From Octopus vulgaris (lineage: Eukaryota): a stretch of 64,000 nucleotides of DNA. The stretch covers positions 3,782,001 through 3,846,000 of the forward strand of contig OX597833.1 in assembly GCA_951406725.2 (NCBI GenBank). Reading direction: 5' to 3'. How positions within the stretch are numbered: position 1 is the stretch's first letter; each line of letters begins with the position of its first letter. Below, piece after piece: positions 1 to 11,137 of this stretch. Made by a program: the position numbers and the translations under genes. The notes beneath the pieces were generated by a model. It saw nothing but the letters and a program-made list of their open reading frames with translations, had not been told where the DNA came from and did no database searches.

Positions 1-1002
1 CACTTCGATAAACTGAGATGTGTTTTCTCTTCGAACGCATCACCGGCGCAACAACAACAACAACAACCTCAACAACAACAAACTCAGCGGCAACAACAAC
101 AACAACAACAGTTACAGCAACAACAACAACTTCAGCAGCAACAACCTCAGAGGCAACAACAACAACAACAGGATGAACCACTCCTTGATTCATCTACAAT
201 GGCCGATTTGCTAAATGAAACGATTGACCCCCCAGTCATCAGGGTCACACAGCAGGAAGCACCACCCCTTCCTTTCACTGCCCCAGCAGCTCAATCATCA
301 TCATTGTCAACACCATCTCCTCTGCTTACTACTACTAGTACTACTCCCACTATATATCGACAAACATCTTTGTCTTGGAATCGACCTCCTCAATCATTAC
401 CACCGTCAACATCTCTTCTACCTACTACTACTACTACTACTACAGCTACTACTACTAATGCTATCTCAAGGAATTTACCTCCTACAGGTCACAAAGGTCG
501 CCAAAACTTCAAACTATCATCTACACCTTTCACAGCTCACACACATACACGCACCTACACACCCACTCGAAACCCCATCATTTGCCGATATTCTCTTCGC
601 CATAGACTGTGCACTGATAGAGACTGCAAATTCACCCATTTACCTGGAACAAAACGCTCTATCCCCACAAACTACAACAGCAACCACCATAATACAACAT
701 CACCACAACCACCAATATCTCAAACAAGGAATCCCCAAATCTGCCGCTATTCCCAGCGAGACAGATTGTGTTTGCACAGGGATTGCCCCTTTACCCATCT
801 CCCGGGGACTCGTCGGACATTTAAAGATAACCACTCACATAAAAATAGCTGCGGTCACAGTCACCTGCGGTTCCCTAGACAGGAAACCACCTCTTCTTCC
901 TCTTTTTTAGCTATAATGAATCTAGCAAAAGAACTGGAAAAAAACATCCGAGCTATCACCCACCGCCATCCACCACTATTACCCCACTACACATGCCATT
1001 AA
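1..1002 (+). CDS. LINE ORF1, 5'-partial; poly-Q and T/P/S-rich linker plus two CCCH zinc fingers
   Basis: Frame 1 is open from base 1 (HFDKLRCVFSSNASPAQQQQ...), upstream of the track's Met at 199. Fingers CRYSLRHRLCTDRDCKFTH and CRYSQRDRLCLHRDCPFTH (C-x8-C-x4-C-x3-H). Stop TAA at 1000-1002. Confidence 0.85.
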   Translation, partial: HFDKLRCVFSSNASPAQQQQQQPQQQQTQRQQQQQQQLQQQQQLQQQQPQRQQQQQQDEPLLDSSTMADLLNETIDPPVIRVTQQEAPPLPFTAPAAQSSSLSTPSPLLTTTSTTPTIYRQTSLSWNRPPQSLPPSTSLLPTTTTTTTATTTNAISRNLPPTGHKGRQNFKLSSTPFTAHTHTRTYTPTRNPIICRYSLRHRLCTDRDCKFTHLPGTKRSIPTNYNSNHHNTTSPQPPISQTRNPQICRYSQRDRLCLHRDCPFTHLPGTRRTFKDNHSHKNSCGHSHLRFPRQETTSSSSFLAIMNLAKELEKNIRAITHRHPPLLPHYTCH

Positions 1003-4000
1003 AAAGCAATCAAATAAACAAATCACCAAAACAATTAAAACCATCCACTCTCGCCTCAACATTTCTGCTTAATGCCCAAGGCATCAGCCCTTCCACCAAT
1101 ACACAAAAATGGAAGATAAGATTCCTGGAGGACTGGGTCGAGGCCCATCCAAACCACATCCCTTTCTTCGTCCTCACTGAAACCCATCTTAGTGACCTCC
1201 ACTTGGAAGCCGAGGTGAAAGTTAAAAATTTCAAAACCATTCGTGCTGATCGTGTTGGCAGAAGAAAGGGTGGGACTGCCATTTATGTCCATGATTCATT
1301 CTCAACAGAAGCCATGAACATATTTTCGAATGGATACTGCGAAGCAGTCGCTGTATTCAGTCAAACCAACAACTTAACAGTAGTTGGGCTCTACAGACCA
1401 CCCCAAACGCCCCTACCATGCTTCAAGGAATGCCTCAACAGCATAAAGTGTTTCATTCAGCAGTGTCAACCTGACAACATTTTAATGATGGGAGATTTCA
1501 ACCTTCCCGGGGTTGACTGGTCTACAAACAGTCTGCCGCCAGGTTCTTCTCTCTCAACCCCTGACAGGGAGGCAGTGGAATCGCTTCTTGACTTCATGGA
1601 TGACTTCTTCTTGTCCCAACTGGTACTCGAACCAACGAGATGTCACAAAAACGTCTTAGACTTAATTTTCAGCAATCACACTGATACTATCCACAATATT
1701 GCAGTGGAGAAAACCCTACTCTCCGACCATGACATGGTTCTCTGTGATCTGAGATTTCACTGGCCAAAATGCAAAACAAATGTCATCCCTCCTGTTCATC
1801 CATTTGACACTATGGATTTCCACAATGCAAACTGGGAAGCGATCAATAATGATCTTGCACAAGTCGATTGGTCCTTCACGCACACATACACACCCACTAA
1901 CATCAAAAAGTCCTGGCAGTCACTTGTAGACACCATCACGAACATATGTGCAAGACACACCCCATTAAGATCTGCAAACAAATCTAAGTGTCGAATCCCT
2001 AGAAATAGAAAATCTCTCATAAGGAAAATTAAAAGAATCAACAAAAAGATCAACATGCTGAAATACTGTCAACAGCAACACACCAACCTGACTGCCATCT
2101 CGTCGCTAGAGATTAAAAAACATAAACTCCAAAACAACATGATGTCTATCATCAATAGTCAGCGAAGAGCTGAAGAGGCCTGGGCCATTGAGAAGATCAA
2201 ACTCAATCCCAAAGTGTTCTTTTCATTTGCAAAAAAACACAGAGTCACTGGTTCTACTGTTGGCCCTCTGATTGATGAAAATGGTATTCTTCAAGACAAT
2301 GCCAAAACCATGGGAGAAATATTGCAGAAACAATATTGCTCTGTTTTCAGCAATCCTGATATGACTGATCTGGGCTGTATCAGTGACGTTACTCCCCAAT
2401 ACACTTTATCGGACATAACATTTGGCGCTCCTGATGTCTTAGCAGCAATAAAGGAAATGAAGCATAATTCAGCAGTAGGTCCCGATAGGTTCCCTGCTTG
2501 TGTCTTGAAGATGTGTCAAAACCAACTTGCACCCCCTCTAGCCAATCTGTGGCGGAACTCATTGGATGCTGGATATATACCAGAAGACCTTCTATCCCAG
2601 TCTGTTGTCCCAGTTTTCAAAAAAGGAAACAAATCGCTTGCCGTGAATTACCGTCCAATCTCACTCACCTCTCATATCATCAAGGTATTTGAGAGGGTGC
2701 TGAGATCGCGTATGACTCACTTCCTTGAGAGTCATAATATGCTGAACCCCAACCAGCATGGATTCCGTAATGGGAGAGATTGCCTGACGCAGCTACTGCA
2801 TCATTTTGATGACATTTTGAGAGCCTTGGGAGAGGGTTCCAACACTGATGTCATCTACCTTGATTTCAGCAAGGCCTTTGACAGGGTTGATCATAAGATC
2901 CTTCTGAGAAAGCTGTCCAATATTGGTGTCACTGGAAAGCTGCTGCAATGGATCAAGTGCTTCCTCTCTAACAGAACCCAACATGTTGTAGTCGAAGGAG
3001 TCAAATCCAGCCCAGCCAAAGTCAGCAGTGGTGTCCCACAAGGCACTGTGTTGGGCCCACTTCTCTTCATCATCTACATAAATGATATTACTGACACCAT
3101 CAAACACAGCAACATCAGAACCTTCGCTGATGATTCCAAGCTCCAGAAGGTCATCAATGGCGTGGATGACCGAATAAACCTTCAGTCAGACCTACTAGCT
3201 GTTGTCCAATGGGCGGAAAAGAATAACATATTGCTAAATGAAGACAAATTCGAACTGATCCACTTTGGAAGGGAGGACGCTCTGAAACTCCCATACTCTC
3301 TTCCTTCTGGAGAAATTCTCATGGCATCCAACAACATCAGAGACCTGGGAGTAACAGTGGACAACAACATAAGCTGGGCTACACATATAAGCAGCAAAGT
3401 TGACATGGCCCGCAGAATGTGTTCCTGGATTCTCAGAACCTTCCAGTCGAGAGATTCCCACGCTATTATCCTTCTCTTCTCCACTTTTGCCCGACCCCAC
3501 CTTGAATACTGCTGTCCACTGTGGTCTCCCTACACAAAACAAAATATTATGAGAATTGAAGCTCCCCAAAGGTCAATCACAAAAAAGATAGATGGCATGT
3601 CAGACCTTGACTACTGGGGTAGACTAGAGAAGCTGAAATTGTATTCACTCCAACGACGCCGTGAACGCTACATTATCTGTATGATGTGGAAAATATTCCA
3701 TCAGCACTGTCCGAATGATGTTGGCATCACCTTCAAAATGCATCCAAGGCTTGGACCACGTGCCATCCGTCCACAACAAAAATCTAAATCGCATCACATA
3801 ACGACAATACGGCACAACTATTTCACCTCAATTGGACCCGCTCTCTTCAACATTACACCAGGACACGTCAAAAAAGAAACTGACCACACAAAATTCAAGA
3901 AGTCTTTGGACAAATTCCTTCAAACAGTACCGGACAAACCATCCACACCCGGATATGTCTCCACAAACAATAACTCTCTGCTCGAATGGGCCTTGGTGCC

Positions 4001-4010
4001 CAAATCCTGA
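993..4010 (+). CDS. LINE ORF2: AP-endonuclease plus reverse transcriptase (1005 aa)
   Basis: APE motifs LLNAQG, LTETHL, GGTAIYV, LYRPP, GDFN, LDLIF, SDH. RT motifs YRPISLTS, QHGFR, YLDFSKAFD, GVPQGTVLGPLLF, FADD, RDLGV. CR1-type C-terminus RPHLEYCCPLWSP...SLQRRR. No stops or frameshifts. Confidence 0.96.
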   Translation: MPLKSNQINKSPKQLKPSTLASTFLLNAQGISPSTNTQKWKIRFLEDWVEAHPNHIPFFVLTETHLSDLHLEAEVKVKNFKTIRADRVGRRKGGTAIYVHDSFSTEAMNIFSNGYCEAVAVFSQTNNLTVVGLYRPPQTPLPCFKECLNSIKCFIQQCQPDNILMMGDFNLPGVDWSTNSLPPGSSLSTPDREAVESLLDFMDDFFLSQLVLEPTRCHKNVLDLIFSNHTDTIHNIAVEKTLLSDHDMVLCDLRFHWPKCKTNVIPPVHPFDTMDFHNANWEAINNDLAQVDWSFTHTYTPTNIKKSWQSLVDTITNICARHTPLRSANKSKCRIPRNRKSLIRKIKRINKKINMLKYCQQQHTNLTAISSLEIKKHKLQNNMMSIINSQRRAEEAWAIEKIKLNPKVFFSFAKKHRVTGSTVGPLIDENGILQDNAKTMGEILQKQYCSVFSNPDMTDLGCISDVTPQYTLSDITFGAPDVLAAIKEMKHNSAVGPDRFPACVLKMCQNQLAPPLANLWRNSLDAGYIPEDLLSQSVVPVFKKGNKSLAVNYRPISLTSHIIKVFERVLRSRMTHFLESHNMLNPNQHGFRNGRDCLTQLLHHFDDILRALGEGSNTDVIYLDFSKAFDRVDHKILLRKLSNIGVTGKLLQWIKCFLSNRTQHVVVEGVKSSPAKVSSGVPQGTVLGPLLFIIYINDITDTIKHSNIRTFADDSKLQKVINGVDDRINLQSDLLAVVQWAEKNNILLNEDKFELIHFGREDALKLPYSLPSGEILMASNNIRDLGVTVDNNISWATHISSKVDMARRMCSWILRTFQSRDSHAIILLFSTFARPHLEYCCPLWSPYTKQNIMRIEAPQRSITKKIDGMSDLDYWGRLEKLKLYSLQRRRERYIICMMWKIFHQHCPNDVGITFKMHPRLGPRAIRPQQKSKSHHITTIRHNYFTSIGPALFNITPGHVKKETDHTKFKKSLDKFLQTVPDKPSTPGYVSTNNNSLLEWALVPKS

Positions 4011-4150
4011 ACTGAAAGACTTCGCCAGGTGGTGCTATTAAGTTAGACATGGCCTGGGCCAATACTGGCCAAAAACCTTTCTAAGTTAAGTTATTCTAAG
4101 TTACATACATACATACATACAAGCATACATACATACATACATACATACAT

Positions 4151-4410
4151 GGTGGCTGCCCCTCGTTATCGAGTATGGCCATTGCACAAGCTTAATCAAT
4201 GTTGTTATCGTGCAATGCCTGTGCAAGAAGATATCTGTGCACTGAATCCCACTCACTAAGCAACAGCAGCCATAATCCGAAAAGAAGAACAAGTCAACAT
4301 CATCGGTAACCACTGAGCCGCAGGTTTTATGTCGGAGTTATCCCAGTTACCTGAGTTACCTTCTCCTAGAAGGATGCCTTGACAAAGACTAGGAGTCCTT
4401 CACTCCCAAT
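4151..4410 (-). mobile_element. 5'-truncated copy of a non-autonomous RTE-like element with (ATGT)n tail
   Basis: Reverse complement of the 3' part of 13601-14155; flanked on both sides by (TACA)n. Confidence 0.75.
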
Positions 4411-5217
<807 letters not shown>

Positions 5218-5665
5218 TGTAGTCTTAGTGGTTTGATAGAGGAGGCCGATAGAGTAAGTGCTAGGCTTAAAAGACGAGTCCTGGGGTCTATTTGTTCGAC
5301 TAAAAGCTTTGAAGTGGTGCTCCAAGCATACCGCAGTCAAATGGCTGAAACAAGTAAAAGAAAAAAGTATATACATTCTTTTACTTGTTTCAGTCATTTG
5401 ACTGTGGTCATGCTGGAGCACAGCCTTTAGTCGAGCAAAGCTTATTCTTTGTTAGCCTAGTACTTATTCTATCGGTATCTTTTTGCCGAGCCGCTAGATT
5501 ACAGGGACGTAAACACACCAGCATCGGTTGTCAAGCGATGTTAGGGGCTACAAATGCAGACACACTAATACACACACATATACACACTAATACACACACA
5601 CATATATATACACTATTGTATGACTGGGCGCCCTCGCGTCGTTTCGTTTACTCCAAGTAAGTTTT

Positions 5666-5704
<39 letters not shown>

Positions 5705-5841
5705 GTAGGTCCCGGGTTGATTCGGGGTTAACCACAGTAAATAAGGTACTCAATACATAGCAGAGTAAATTAATTTATTTTATAGAAGGAGCTTTACAGG
5801 ACTAGAACTGTTTCATTCAAAAGAAATCATCAGGAAGCCAG

Positions 5842-5890
5842 GCTTCCTGATGATTTCTTTTGAATGAAACAGTTCTAGTCCTGTAGAAGC
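5842..5890 (+). ncRNA. Type-I hammerhead ribozyme motif
   Basis: GCTTC / CTGATGA / T-TTC-TTTT-GAA-T / GAAAC-AG-(TTCTAGTC)-CT / GTA / GAAGC. Stems I and III pair fully and the core is canonical. An inverted copy lies at 5791-5838. Confidence 0.72.
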
Positions 5891-5902
5891 TCCTTCTATA
5901 AA

Positions 5903-5939
<37 letters not shown>

Positions 5940-6065
5940 ACGTAGTGATCTCCCTTGTGGTGAAGAAACGTTAAACTGTGTCAGAGTTGTCTACCTTCCA
6001 TTTCAATAGCGATTCTCTGTTGTTCTCCTTTTGTTCAAAGCAGACCAGAAATACACATACACACG

Positions 6066-6111
<46 letters not shown>

Positions 6112-6280
6112 TGCATACACACATACACACACACACACATACACACACACACATACACATATTTTTATTTATATATATGTATGCACATACATGTTCATAT
6201 GTGTGTGTGTGTGTAGATATATGTGTGTGTCCATATATACATATGCATATATGAGTACATAGTGTTTGTGTGTATATATA

Positions 6281-6512
6281 TTTCTTTACTGCCCACAAGG
6301 GGCTAAACATAGAAGGGACAAACAAGGACAGACATAGGTATTAAGTCGATTACATCGACCCCAGTGCGTAACTGGTACTTATTTAATCGACCCCGAAAGG
6401 ATGAAATGGCAAAGTCGACCTCGGCGGAATTCGAACTCAGAACGTAACGACAGACGGAATACCACTAAGCATTTCGCTCGGCGCGCTAACGTTTCTGCCA
6501 GCTTTCGCCGCC
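6281..6512 (-). mobile_element. SINE family B (tRNA-derived head plus Nin-like domain), representative copy
   Basis: GGCGGCG..GCTGGCAGAAACGTTAGC head, B-box GAGTTCRAATTCC and central CCTTTCATCCTTTCGGGGTCGAT..AAGTACCAG resembling the Nin domain. Other copies at about 9280-9446, 16215-16400, 16667-16886, 19360-19800, 20200-20556, 23985-24770, 25495-26040, 26765-27292, 32495-32722, 36012-36428, 38400-38940, 39617-39960 and 58340-58770. Confidence 0.9.
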
Positions 6513-6929
6513 TTTTACTCTTTTACTTGTTTCAGTCATTTGACTGCGGCCATGCTGGAGCACCACCTTTTAGTCAAGCAAATCGACCCCGGGACTTATT
6601 CTTTGTAAGCCCAGTACTTATTCTATCGGTCTCTTTTGCCGAACCACTAGGTGACGGGGACATAAACACACCAGCATCGGTTGTCAAGCAATGCTAGGGG
6701 GACAAACACAGACACACAAACACAGACACAGAAACACACACACACATATATATATATACATATATACGACAGGCTTCTTTCAGTTTCCGTCTACCAAATC
6801 CACTCACAAGGCATTGGTCGGCCCGGGGCTATAGCAGAAGACACTTGCCCAAGGCGCCACGCAGTGGGACTGAACCCGGAACCATGTGGTTGGTTAGCAA
6901 GCTACTTACCACACAGCCACTCCTGCGCC
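6513..6929 (-). mobile_element. SINE family A (~420 nt; tRNA-derived head, internal (TA)/(TG) tract, CR1-type tail), representative copy
   Basis: Head GGCGCAGGAGTGGCTGTGTGGTAAG...GGTTCAGTCCC, CORE-like CCTTGGGCAAGT, tail GGTGCTCCAGCATGGCCGCAGTCAAATGACTGAAAC(AAGTAAAAGAG)n. Other copies at about 5230-5570, 10780-10990, 28961-29380, 32017-32400, 42561-42977, 43567-43983, 44650-45350, 48703-49027, 54264-54752, 56362-56787, 63186-63589 and 63670-64000. Confidence 0.9.
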
Positions 6930-6994
6930 TATTGTATGTATGTATGTATGTATGTATGTATGTATACACACACATACACATATTAATATTTATA

Positions 6995-7385
6995 TGGAAT
7001 GGAAGCACTCCGTCGGTTACGACGACGAGGGTTCCGGTTGATCCGAATCAACGGAACAGCCTGCTCGTGAAATTAACGTGTAAGCGGCTGAGCACTCCAC
7101 AGACACGTGCACCCTTAACGTAGTTCTCGGGGATATTCAGCGTGACACAGAGAGTGACAAGGCCGGCCCTTTGAAATACAGGTACAACAGAAACAGGAAG
7201 TAAGAGTGAGAGAAAGTTGTGGTGAAAGAGTACAGCAGGGATCACCACCATCCCCTGCCGGAGCTTCGTGGAGCTTTTAGGTGTTTTCGCTCAATAAACA
7301 CTCACAACACCTGGTCTGGGAATCGAAACCGCGATCCTATGACCGCGAGTCCGCTGCCCTAACCACTGGGCCATTGCGCCTCCAC
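6995..7385 (-). mobile_element. SINE family C (tRNA-derived head GTGGAGGCGCAATGGCCCAGTGGTTAGG)
   Basis: A/B-box head; near-identical copy at 40995-41383 (-), truncated copy at 53951-54222 (+), chimeric copy at 45762-46135 (+). Confidence 0.85.
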
Positions 7386-7418
7386 ATAATATTTATATAA
7401 GGAATTCTAGTTACATAC

Positions 7419-7614
7419 CAGTTTTGCTGATTTTCTGATCCGCGTCTTTATCGCCGAACAGGAGGACCAAACCAACCATACCCTCAGCATTTTCAGAATC
7501 TATTATACTAAGGAATTGCGTGAGTTCTGCTTGGTCAAGTAGCCCGTCTCCGTCCCCGTCAAACACTGAGTATACTGTATTAATTTCCTCCTGGGTTTGG
7601 TCAGAATCGCGTAA
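7419..7614 (-). CDS. Secreted EF-hand protein, second coding exon (EF-hand 1 and most of EF-hand 2)
   Basis: Acceptor ttgtctttgttgcag|, donor ACTG|gtatgt. Encodes LRDSDQTQEEINTVYSVF-DGDGDGLLDQAE-LTQFLSIIDSENAEGMVGLVLLFG-DKDADQKISKT(E). Joins the upstream exon in phase 0. Confidence 0.85.
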
Positions 7615-7771
7615 CTGCAACAAAGACAAAATAACTGAGATGTACTTGCGTAGCAAGTGACCTGATCTGAGATCGTGATCTGGAACGAAGACAATTGCAG
7701 CGTGGAAGGTGTTTATAAGTGGTGGTGGTGTGGTGGTGTTGAAGTAGATTTGAGACAAGAATTACACATAC

Positions 7772-7876
7772 CTGCTTCATAAATTTTACAGCACGCGTCT
7801 CCTTCTTCACTGGGCCTGCGGACACCATCATTGCCAAGCAGGCGACTAGGACAGTAACCAAGATAATCTTAGACAT
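7772..7876 (-). CDS. Secreted EF-hand protein, first coding exon (signal peptide); exon starts at 7916 with 5'UTR
   Basis: MSKIILVTVLVACLAMMVSA-GPVKKETRAVKFMKQ. Acceptor tttctttttctgtag| at 7917, donor CAG|gtatgt at 7771, exactly 35 codons. Confidence 0.85.
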
Positions 7877-8419
7877 TTTCACAGTCTTAATTATTTCTCC
7901 TTGAAAGTTGAAAAATCTACAGAAAAAGAAACAAAGCAAATACGATACACAAATAAATGCAAACTATTATTTGCGACATAAGACTATAGAAACTTCGGGT
8001 GAACGCGAAATAATAGCCTTTTCTTTATCGTAGAACTCGAAGTAGATAAAGCTATAAACAATAGCGTATGAATATTGGCTTATTATATGCATATATCACT
8101 GAGTATGTGCCCTTCGTTTACGATTGTACCCGGCTTCACAGCCAGCGTTGGTTTGTTTATTTCCCCCTAACTTAGCGGTTCGGTCAAAATATCCGATTAA
8201 GAAGTAATAGGCTTTAAAAAAGTAAATATTGATCAATAGATTTGGCTGTAAGAAGCCTATTTCTCAACCATATGGTTCGAAGTTCGATCCTACTGCACGG
8301 CACCTTGGGAAAGTGTTTTCTAGTATAGCCTCGACTTGACCAATCCTTTGTATGTGGGTTTGGTAGAAGGAAACTGAAAGAAGCCCATCATATTTATGCA
8401 TGTGTGTATGTGTATTTGT

Positions 8420-9190
8420 CCCCCTCTCTCACTCGGACTGTTTTGTATATAAAAGGTGACTCGTCCCTCACACTGAAAACAAGTGGCCATGAGAGAACGT
8501 ATTTTGCCTTTGTTCTGAGCTGCACAGCATCCGGACTAAAGCTCCTACCGATGGGGATTTTTAAGCGGCTGACAATGCCAAAGGGAAAATTCCCAAAAGA
8601 AATCGCGGTGAAAGTCAATAAGAAAGGTTGGATGATGGAGAGCCTAATGAAGGATTGGCTCAGAGAGGGCTACGCCAAGCGACCTGGGGGATTTTTTCAC
8701 ACGAAAAAAGCATTGCTCGTTATGGACGGCTGGAAGGTCCATATAACCGATTCAGTGAAAGCTGCCATCAAGAGTACAAACTCAATTCCAGCTGTGATTC
8801 CTGGGGGCACGACTAAGTATTCGGAGCCACTGGACATCAGAGTGAGCCGGGAATTTAAAGTGGCACTGCGCCGTGAGTGGGAGGAATGGATGACGAGCGG
8901 CGAGAAATCTTTCACCAAAACAGGCCGCATGAGAAGAGCATCTTTCACTCAAGTCTGCCAGTGGATCCTAAATGCGTGGAGCCGGGTCAAAACACCCAGC
9001 ATCACCAACGGGTTTCGAAAAGCTGGACTGCTGCGTGATGAAGAGGACCGGGTGTGCTCATGTGAGAGCGACACCGAAGAGGCTGAAGTGAGTGACGAGA
9101 TCCTGAGGGTTGTTCAGTTCGGACACTGAAGAAGAGTACTTTGATGGTTTTAGGAAGAAGAGGAAGAAGGCGATCAATGACTTTTGACCT
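8420..9190 (+). mobile_element. pogo-family (DDE_1, POGK-like) transposase remnant, 5'-truncated
   Basis: LKTSGHERT..VLSCTASGLKL.P..IFKR, KGWM, LLVMD...H, IPGGTT...PLD, AW..V....I.NGFRKAG and an acidic tail. No TIRs seen. Confidence 0.88.
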
Positions 9191-9197
9191 GGTAGGC

Positions 9198-9277
<80 letters not shown>

Positions 9278-9454
9278 CTAATCGAATACATCGACCCCAG
9301 TGTTTCACTGGTACTTAATTTATCGATCTCGAAAGGATGAAAGGCAAAGTCGACATCGGTGGAATTTGAACTCGGAATGTAGCGTCAGATGAGATTCCGC
9401 TAAGCATTTCGCCCGGTGTGCTAACGATTCTGCCAGCTCGCTGCCTTAATAATG

Positions 9455-9509
<55 letters not shown>

Positions 9510-9552
9510 TAATAATAATAATAATAATAATAATTATAATAATAATAATAAT

Positions 9553-10020
9553 ATGGGATATGCCGATACACACAGATAGAGAAATTAAGACCAACAGACC
9601 AGATATAGTTGTCAGGGATCATGAAGAAAAAAAATGCTTTCTAATTGATGTATCAATACCGGCAGATGACAACGTGTCTCTAAAAGAAATGGAGAAACTT
9701 TCAAAATACAAAGACCTGGAAATAGAGGTAACCAGAATGTGGAATCTAAAAACAGAAACAATTCCTATCATAATAGGTGCATTAGGCATGATAAAAAAAT
9801 ATTCAGACAAATACATAACAAAAACACCAGGACTTACAAACATATATAACATACAGAAAATTGCACTTTGCACTACTAGGCACTGCACACATCCTACGCA
9901 GAACACTTTCCATACAATAACCATCAGAGCATCACAACAAATCACAGCACATACCTAAGGCACACAGAGCTGCGCTCGGTAGTGAAGTGAAAGCACGATA
10001 TAAAAATAAAACTACTGAAT
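9553..10020 (+). mobile_element. Dong/R4-clade LINE 3' end (restriction-like endonuclease and 3'UTR) inside (AAT)n
   Basis: WDMPIHTDREIK.NRPDIVV...LIDVSIP.D.NV..KE.EK..KY.DL...IPIIIGALG. Flanked by (AAT)n on both sides. The same 3'UTR occurs at 30820-30975 (-). Confidence 0.9.
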
Positions 10021-10026
10021 GATAAC

Positions 10027-10059
<33 letters not shown>

Positions 10060-10520
10060 GATGGGCTACAGCAAATATTCTGCTCAATACCACAGATTTG
10101 CTTGTCAGTTGTTTGACCTTAACCAGTTGAGAATGTCCCTTAGTGGCTGACGATATGTGCATCTCTGATCACGAGCAGAAGTAGTGGGGGAGCATCATAG
10201 CCATGTGTTGAGAGGGATTCTTTGGGGTTTGAATAGTTCACCTCTGGAAACATGGGTGGTTCTTTCAACATCCTTAAACAACCCTTATTCAGGTACCGTT
10301 TGAGTAGGATGGGCTACTCAACCTGAAGAAAATTCTAACTAGGCCCCACCTGCAAGGTCATGCGCTGTTTATCTTGATATGAGATCACCATGTCGCGCAC
10401 ATATGGTTGTGATGCATGTGCCTGGTGTACCTTTATCAGACGGGTAGTCATGATGGGTATATTGGGCTTCGTATATTTTACCCCAGTGTCACTTTGATGG
10501 CATGAACTGCTCTCTCACTC
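10060..10520 (+). mobile_element. Non-coding (AAT)n-tailed retroelement end (long LINE 3'UTR or SINE-like)
   Basis: Three variably 5'-truncated copies (also 12884-13301 minus and 57972-58306 plus), all ending CTCTCTCACTC(AAT)n. Confidence 0.75.
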
Positions 10521-10688
10521 AATAATAATAATAATAATATTTAGAGGATTGACGTTACTCTTCTCGAAGGCAAAGGAAGAAGAAGAGTGCGACTGTTATC
10601 GAATCAAAAATATTTCGATACCTCGTGTGTCTTCCACAAGTTCGATATAAATCATCTAAATCTACGTCATTTTGGCAATCAACCCTTA

Positions 10689-10735
<47 letters not shown>

Positions 10736-11137
10736 ACACACACACGTACAAACATATATACATATGTGTGTGCATGTCATTCTGTCTGTGTTCCCCCCCC
10801 CCCGTTTGACAACCGGTGTTGGTTTGTTTCCGCGTGCCACGTAACTTAACGGTTCTGCAAAAGGGCCTTATACAATAACTACCAAGCTTTTTTTAAAAAT
10901 AAAAAAACCCTGCTGGGGTCAATTCGTTCGACTAAAATTTCCTCAAGACGGTGCCCCAGCATGGCCACAGCCTAATGACTGAAACAGATAAGATATGAAA
11001 TATTAAAAAATGGTAGAATCGAACTAGTAACCTTGTCTTGGTTGTTATGACATGTCGAGAGATTTTACTCTTCGAAACTACAGCATTGGTCTTAGAATAC
11101 TAACCTGGCATTCTTGGAGAAGAATACCAAGATGTTA

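Larger units (their letters stand above)
1..4103 (+). mobile_element. CR1-group non-LTR retrotransposon (LINE), apparently intact ORF2, 5' end outside window
   Basis: Overlapping ORF1 and APE-RT ORF2, then a ~90-nt 3'UTR with GGTGGTGC...CATGGCC, a GGCC-AATACT-GGCC hairpin and a TTCTAAGTTA-type terminal repeat running into (TACA)n. Confidence 0.93.

Noticed and set aside
215-910. 231-aa Leu-rich ORF overlapping LINE ORF1
   Set aside because: It is an alternative frame of the (CTA)n-rich ORF1; the zinc-finger frame is the meaningful one.
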